In this document: in pieces, positions 1 through 64,000 of the stretch
Layout of the letters: every line of letters starts with the position of its first letter
Position numbering within the stretch: position 1 is the stretch's first letter
NCBI GenBank assembly: GCA_964016885.1
Contig: OZ024745.1
Span: 30,380,001 to 30,444,000, forward strand
Length of the DNA stretch: 64,000 nt
Reading direction: 5' to 3'
From: Eledone cirrhosa
Taxonomy: Eukaryota
Notes under the pieces: model-generated
Database searches by the model: none
Seen by the model: the letters and a program-made list of their open reading frames with translations, nothing else
Told to the model about the DNA's origin: nothing
Program-made: the position numbers and the translations under genes

Positions 1-45
1 AAGCATGGCGTCCAACCCTCTACCGATACTGCCAATTCACCGCCT
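1..45 (-). mobile_element. 5' head of a tRNA-derived SINE, cut by the window edge
   Basis: Reverse complement of aggcggtgaattggcagtatcggtagagggt, as in the copy at 15148. Confidence 0.75.
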
Positions 46-69
46 ATCATATAGTGATAATAATGATGA

Positions 70-270
<201 letters not shown>

Positions 271-291
271 TGTAAATTATATTAAACATAC

Positions 292-63927
<63,636 letters not shown>

Positions 63928-64000
63928 CTGATGTTAAAAAAATTAACACAATGTCTTACATATCATTTGAAACAACATAATATTGACATTATATATTTCT

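Overview
AT-rich animal genomic DNA, most likely an octopod cephalopod (inferred only from the tRNA-SINE, RTE-LINE and (TA)n landscape). No host gene appears in the ORF track, but the window lies inside one minus-strand gene. I read 28 micro-exons of 45/48/51 nt. All have YAG acceptors and GTAYGT donors, all are phase 1-1, and all are stop-free. They form a 9-exon super-repeat (3 units plus 1 exon; periods 17,597, 22,396 and 23,595 bp). Fully spliced they give 1,395 nt / 465 aa of a 15-17 aa repeat (consensus roughly EILLAAAKKEGVLTPEE), and differences between equivalent exons are overwhelmingly amino-acid changing. The introns hold RTE LINEs, tRNA SINEs, Helitrons and Penelope-type fold-backs with hammerhead ribozyme motifs. 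One intron holds a perfect 311-bp tandem array (about 8 forward and 3.3 inverted copies) in which each unit carries a type I hammerhead, resembling a non-LTR retrozyme. The gene start, end and identity are outside the window. All reading was done by eye and nothing was database-checked.
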